Of a stretch of DNA of 64,000 nt, positions 59,765 through 64,000 are shown one piece after another (position 1 is the stretch's first letter; each line of letters opens with the position of its first letter). This stretch comes from Squalus acanthias (taxonomy: Eukaryota), in assembly GCA_030390025.1 (NCBI GenBank), contig CM059433.1, forward strand, positions 29,266,001 through 29,330,000. Direction: 5' to 3'. A model generated the notes under the pieces. The model was not told the DNA's origin. It saw only the letters and a program-made list of their open reading frames with translations, and made no database searches. A program made the translations under genes and the position numbers.

Positions 59765-61030
59765 TGAAGGAATTATTACTAGTCCTAACCCCTTTTGGGC
59801 TACCCCAGATCAGGCGTATTCCCCAGACGTTCACTTTCAACTAAAGTTTGAGGTAGCCGAATCCTAAAGACGCTTAATTGGGTCTAAAGGTCTGGACCAT
59901 CTCTCCCTAAAGGAAAGGAACACCTGAAGATGTTACCGTCCTTCAGATAGCACTTTTAATAAGTTTAGCTAGACTGTAACGTTCCGGATATTATGAGGGT
60001 CTGGAAAACTCCCCCAGAATTCTGCAACTCCTCACCAGAGAGTGTACAGAGATTGAGTTCGCGAGTTTGATACAGAAGTATTATGTGAGACAATTTTAAA
60101 AGTATATAGATTTATTAAAGAACCGACATGTAATTACAGTAGGTCTTTCAATCGCAACATTAACAGTTCCAAAAAGAGAAAACTTTCAATTCTATTATCA
60201 GAGATCCTTATTCTCAAATCTTAACTTCCCCACAGTTTTACAGTTCTTAAAGTTTATTCAGGATATCCACCAAAATCAAATACAGTACCGTTGATCCCCG
60301 AGATACAAAGAGTTGTAGAATTACAGAGCCGCCTCTGAAGCCTGAGAATCGCTTTGCCCCTTTACAGCAAGACTATCATCCCATTTGAAAGTTCAATATT
60401 TATATCCTTTTTCAGTGATATTTCCTTTGAAGTTTTCTGCTGATGTAAGCTAATTATCTCTAGTCATTTTTCTGCTGACCCCTGCTATTCTTACAGTCAC
60501 CTCAGCTGGTAGCAATGCAGAATTATGTCTCCTGTGTAGGTGTCTCAAGCTTAACACAAAAACTGTGTAACAGCAGGTGCATCTATTTGATGTCATTTTT
60601 ACCAAGGTCTTCTATACAATTCTTAGTCACCTCAGCTGGTTGTAACACAGAATTATGTCTCTCTAGGTGTTCCAAGTTCAACACAAAAACAATGTGATGG
60701 CTGGTGCCTCCCCCACTTGATGCCATTCCCACGACGGCATATGTTTCTTAATGTTATGTGTTTCTTTCCGAAGTGTAATTTAGAACACCTTAACAGGGTG
60801 TACCATTATTTTATTTCCAAAGCTTCAGACTTCAGGAGCCTCCAACCTTCTGTTTCAATAAGGTTATTGATTCAGTATCAACAACTTATCTTATCTCAAT
60901 AGCCTGTATGCTGTTTACAGCTTTAGATTGTTGAGGCTTCCAGATTTCCAAACCCAGTTTGTCATGTTTTAATAAGGCCAGAATTATTTCATAGAATGGT
61001 GTATTTTTCTGAATATGGCTTATTCCTTCA
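59765..61030 (-). mobile_element. Solo LTR (1266 bp)
   Basis: Perfect 9-bp inverted termini TGAAGGAAT/ATTCCTTCA; interrupts the old CR1; minus-strand TATAAA at ~60400 and AATAAA at ~60112; ~70-bp direct repeats at ~60495 and ~60625. Confidence 0.78.
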
Positions 61031-61979
61031 CAAGGTAAGGCAGTGGCTGTGGTGTACTTGGATTTCAGTAAGGTCTTTCATAAAGTTCCTCTGGAAATGC
61101 TGGTACTGAAAATAAAGAAAGCAGGAATCAGTGGAAATATTTTACAATGGATACACAGTTGGTTGACCAATAGAACCCAGAGGGTGGTGGTACAGGATTA
61201 TCATCAGCCTGGGAGAATGTTACCAGTGGGGTCCCACAGGGGTCTATTTTGGAACCTCTTTTGTTTAATATCCTCATAAATGATCTGGAGCTAGGAGTCT
61301 CGAGCACAGTGGCTAAACTTGCAGATGATACAAAGGCGATAGACTGAAAAGCTGAACAGGATAACTTACAGGAGGATTTGAATATATTTGAGAATTGGGC
61401 AGACAGGTGACAGATGAAATTCAATGTAGTGAATCGCAAAGTGCTTCACATGGGAACAAAAAAATCCAGTTAAATGGAAAGAAAGTCATGTGTATGGAAA
61501 AGGAAAGAGATCTGGGGGTCCTGTTTGACAGTAAATTGAGGCTATCGCAACAATGCTCAGTGCCAGTGAGTGAAGCAAATCAGATGTTGGGATGTACTAA
61601 AAGCTCAATATTGAGCTGAAATAGTGAGGTAATCCTGGCACTTTATAAATGATTGGTGCAACTGCACTTAGAACACTGTGTACAGTTCTGGTCACTTCAG
61701 TACAAAAAGGATATTGCAGCTATTGAAAGGATACAGAAAAAAGCAACCAGAATGATTGAAGGGATGGAGGGATTAGATTTATAGGAACAATTATGATAAG
61801 CATGTTCTCACTGGAAAAGAGAAGCGGGAGAATGGATATTATTGCTGATTTTAGGATTCTAAAGGGACTGGATTATGTAGACCATGACAAGCTGTTTCAC
61901 CTTGTCCAGAACAGCAGAACCAGAGGACACGGCCTGCGCCTGAAGAGGGGAAATTCAAAACTAATCTGTGGAAAAATTG

Positions 61980-62420
61980 GGGAGGAATTTTAACATGGGT
62001 GAGCGGGTGGGATCGGGTGCGGGTGGGGGGTTTAATCGGGAAAAATTCCGAGCACGTCGGAAGCCCGACTCCAACCCACTCACCTCCGGGTTTAACGGAA
62101 GCGAGACAAAGGGCGGGCAGCCAACCTGCTCCCAGGAGGCGGGATGGCAATTTACATATTTTAATGAGGCGGGAAGCCTCTGATTTAACCTGCTTTGCAG
62201 GTTTTGCAGTCTGCGGCTGGGTTTCCCAGGCCTCAGGAAACCCGACAGCAGATGTGAGGCAAGGACAGCTTCAGGGAGAAGGTAAGTGCCTTCACACCAC
62301 TGCTTGTCGGCCAGGAGGAGCAGGAGTGCTTCACCACGGCCCCCCAAGCTCCCCCACATCATATCCCCAAACCCCACATGCAAAGGCCACTGGGATCGGA
62401 CCCACCCCCCACCCCAACAG
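61980..62420. mobile_element. Truncated GC-rich MITE-like element in the old CR1
   Basis: Starts gggaggaattttaac; shares ggccaggaggagcagga with the ~45860-46200 fragment; flanked by a diverged ~45-bp duplication of CR1 sequence. Confidence 0.55.
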
Positions 62421-63854
62421 TACACGGCCTGCACTTGAAGCAGGGTAGATTCATAACTAATCTGCGGAATCGTTATTTCAGTGAGCGAGTGGTCAATCTA
62501 TGGAACAGATTCACTAGGGAGAGGGTGGAAGCAGTTACTATTGATTAATTCAAATGCAAATTAGATAGATTTCTTTCAGAAAATATTATTTTTGGATGCA
62601 GTATATGAGTAATTTGAGACATGCCATGTGAGTGTAGCATGCTTTGGAGGAACAGGTGACTTTGGATCTATGGTTCCCAAAGCTCTCCACCACTGGGGTT
62701 TTCCTCACCTCATGTCTGGGTCTGTTGTAGACCAATTGATAGAGATTGATTTCTATGATTACTTAATAACTCCATGAATGTTGTATCAAGTGCCTACCAG
62801 GATGGTCGAAGGCAAACTAGATGGACCGTGGTCTTTTTACATCCAGCAGTTCCTACGTTGCTATGACAATCTGCTTCTTGCCTTGACCTTTTGGGGGGCT
62901 TGGGTGTTGAGAAATTGTTCTGATTCTAAAATATGCTGATCTTTCTAATGGTGGCTTTTCTGTAAAGGATCCCAGCGTATTAGACGCAGCTTTGGTTGTT
63001 ACAACAAAATGTCTGAAAGGAAAACAAGCATTCTTCACAGGCGGTCCTACAATGGGGAGTGTAGTCATTTCAGACTGCTGATCGGAAATGAATTTATTTG
63101 GCCTGAGCATTCAACTTGCTCCTTGACGCAAAGCAGGACTAGTCCCAGAGGATGTAAAATTATAGTCTTGACACATGCTTGCCTCTACAACAGCGCAGAA
63201 AACTACTTGGCCTCTGAATTACACCATTCGTGCAAGCCTGGCTTCAGTCAGTTCAATTTAAAAGAGGCAGTAACACAACATGTTCATTTCTGACTCTGCA
63301 GTAACTCCACTTTCTTTGTGTGCTTCAATTGGGTACAGGTGCAGGTTCAGATGAAACTAAATTAATGACTGCTGGGTAAATGGACTGTTTCGTACAGGGT
63401 GCCATATAATGATTGCATTTGCTTTATAATAATGCTTTAACAGTGTACTCTCGTTATCTTGATCAGACAGTTGTTGTAGATAACTTTCTGTTTTGTATTT
63501 TTCTTGTATATTCCTGTACGTTTCCATGTAAACAATACTAAGAAGCCAAGTGCAGTTGTGTTGTAACAATTACATTTTCTAGCACTTTTATTTTCACATA
63601 TGTTTTTTTAAATGTATTGTTTTGTATGTGTATGCACGAATAAAACATTTACTGTCTAACATTGCTTCCCTTTCCTCAGTCTGTCCCTTCTCCTACTGGA
63701 TCGACACACACACACAGGCACCATTTCCCCCTTTTAGTCTTCTATCTTGCTAACTATTTTACTCTATCCAAGTCGCTTGATGCTCTCCTCGGACAGGCCT
63801 CTGATACCCCCTCCCACTGTTCCTTCTATGTCTCAGCCTTTGATTTTGTTTTAC

Positions 63855-64000
63855 AAAGTGCCTTTCACTACCTCAGGACAACCCAAAGTGCTTTACAGCC
63901 AATGAAGTACTTTTTGAAGTGTAGTCCCTGTCGTAATGTAGGAAACGCGGCAGCCAATTTGTGCACAGCAAGCTCCCAGAAACTGCGATGAGATAATGAC
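63855..64000 (-). mobile_element. Deu-SINE tail (cut by window end)
   Basis: cccaaagtgctttacagccaatgaagtacttttt...gcagccaatttgtgcacagcaagctccc, the reverse complement of the SINE tail. Confidence 0.8.

Larger units (their letters stand above)
52335..62850 (+). mobile_element. Old CR1 LINE fragmented by nested insertions (pieces ~52335-52890, 59671-59764, 61031-61975, 62420-62850)
   Basis: Collinear degraded motifs: SVFTKEE, GPDKIHPRILK | GFMKGR.CQSNLLVFFE | AVVYLDFSKVFHKVP, LADDTK, RTRGHGLRL, 3' UTR. Confidence 0.8.

Noticed and set aside
62853..63293. Overlapping 85-94 aa ORFs on both strands
   Set aside because: No recognisable protein and weak splice support; cannot be distinguished from chance.

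Overview
Eukaryotic, repeat-dominated window with no host gene I can identify. The repeat complement (a V-domain HE1-type SINE, tRNA/Deu-domain SINEs with L2 tails, abundant CR1 and L2 LINEs) points to a cartilaginous fish such as a shark; this is an inference. Bases 1-~19400 are a G-rich 29-bp satellite with traces of ~5-6 kb higher-order duplication. The remaining ~44 kb is a dense, nested mix of transposable elements: CR1, L2 and RTE LINEs, SINEs, two solo LTRs, two deletion-derivative PIF/Harbinger transposons carrying spliced Myb/SANT genes, and several MITEs, including one with a 9-bp target site duplication (TSD). There is also a Penelope-like palindrome with a degenerate hammerhead ribozyme core. 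A few isolated splice-flanked segments may be exons of an unidentified gene or lncRNA. Boundaries backed by TSDs or terminal inverted repeats (TIRs) are base-level reads; other boundaries are approximate. Family names come from motif recognition, not database searches.
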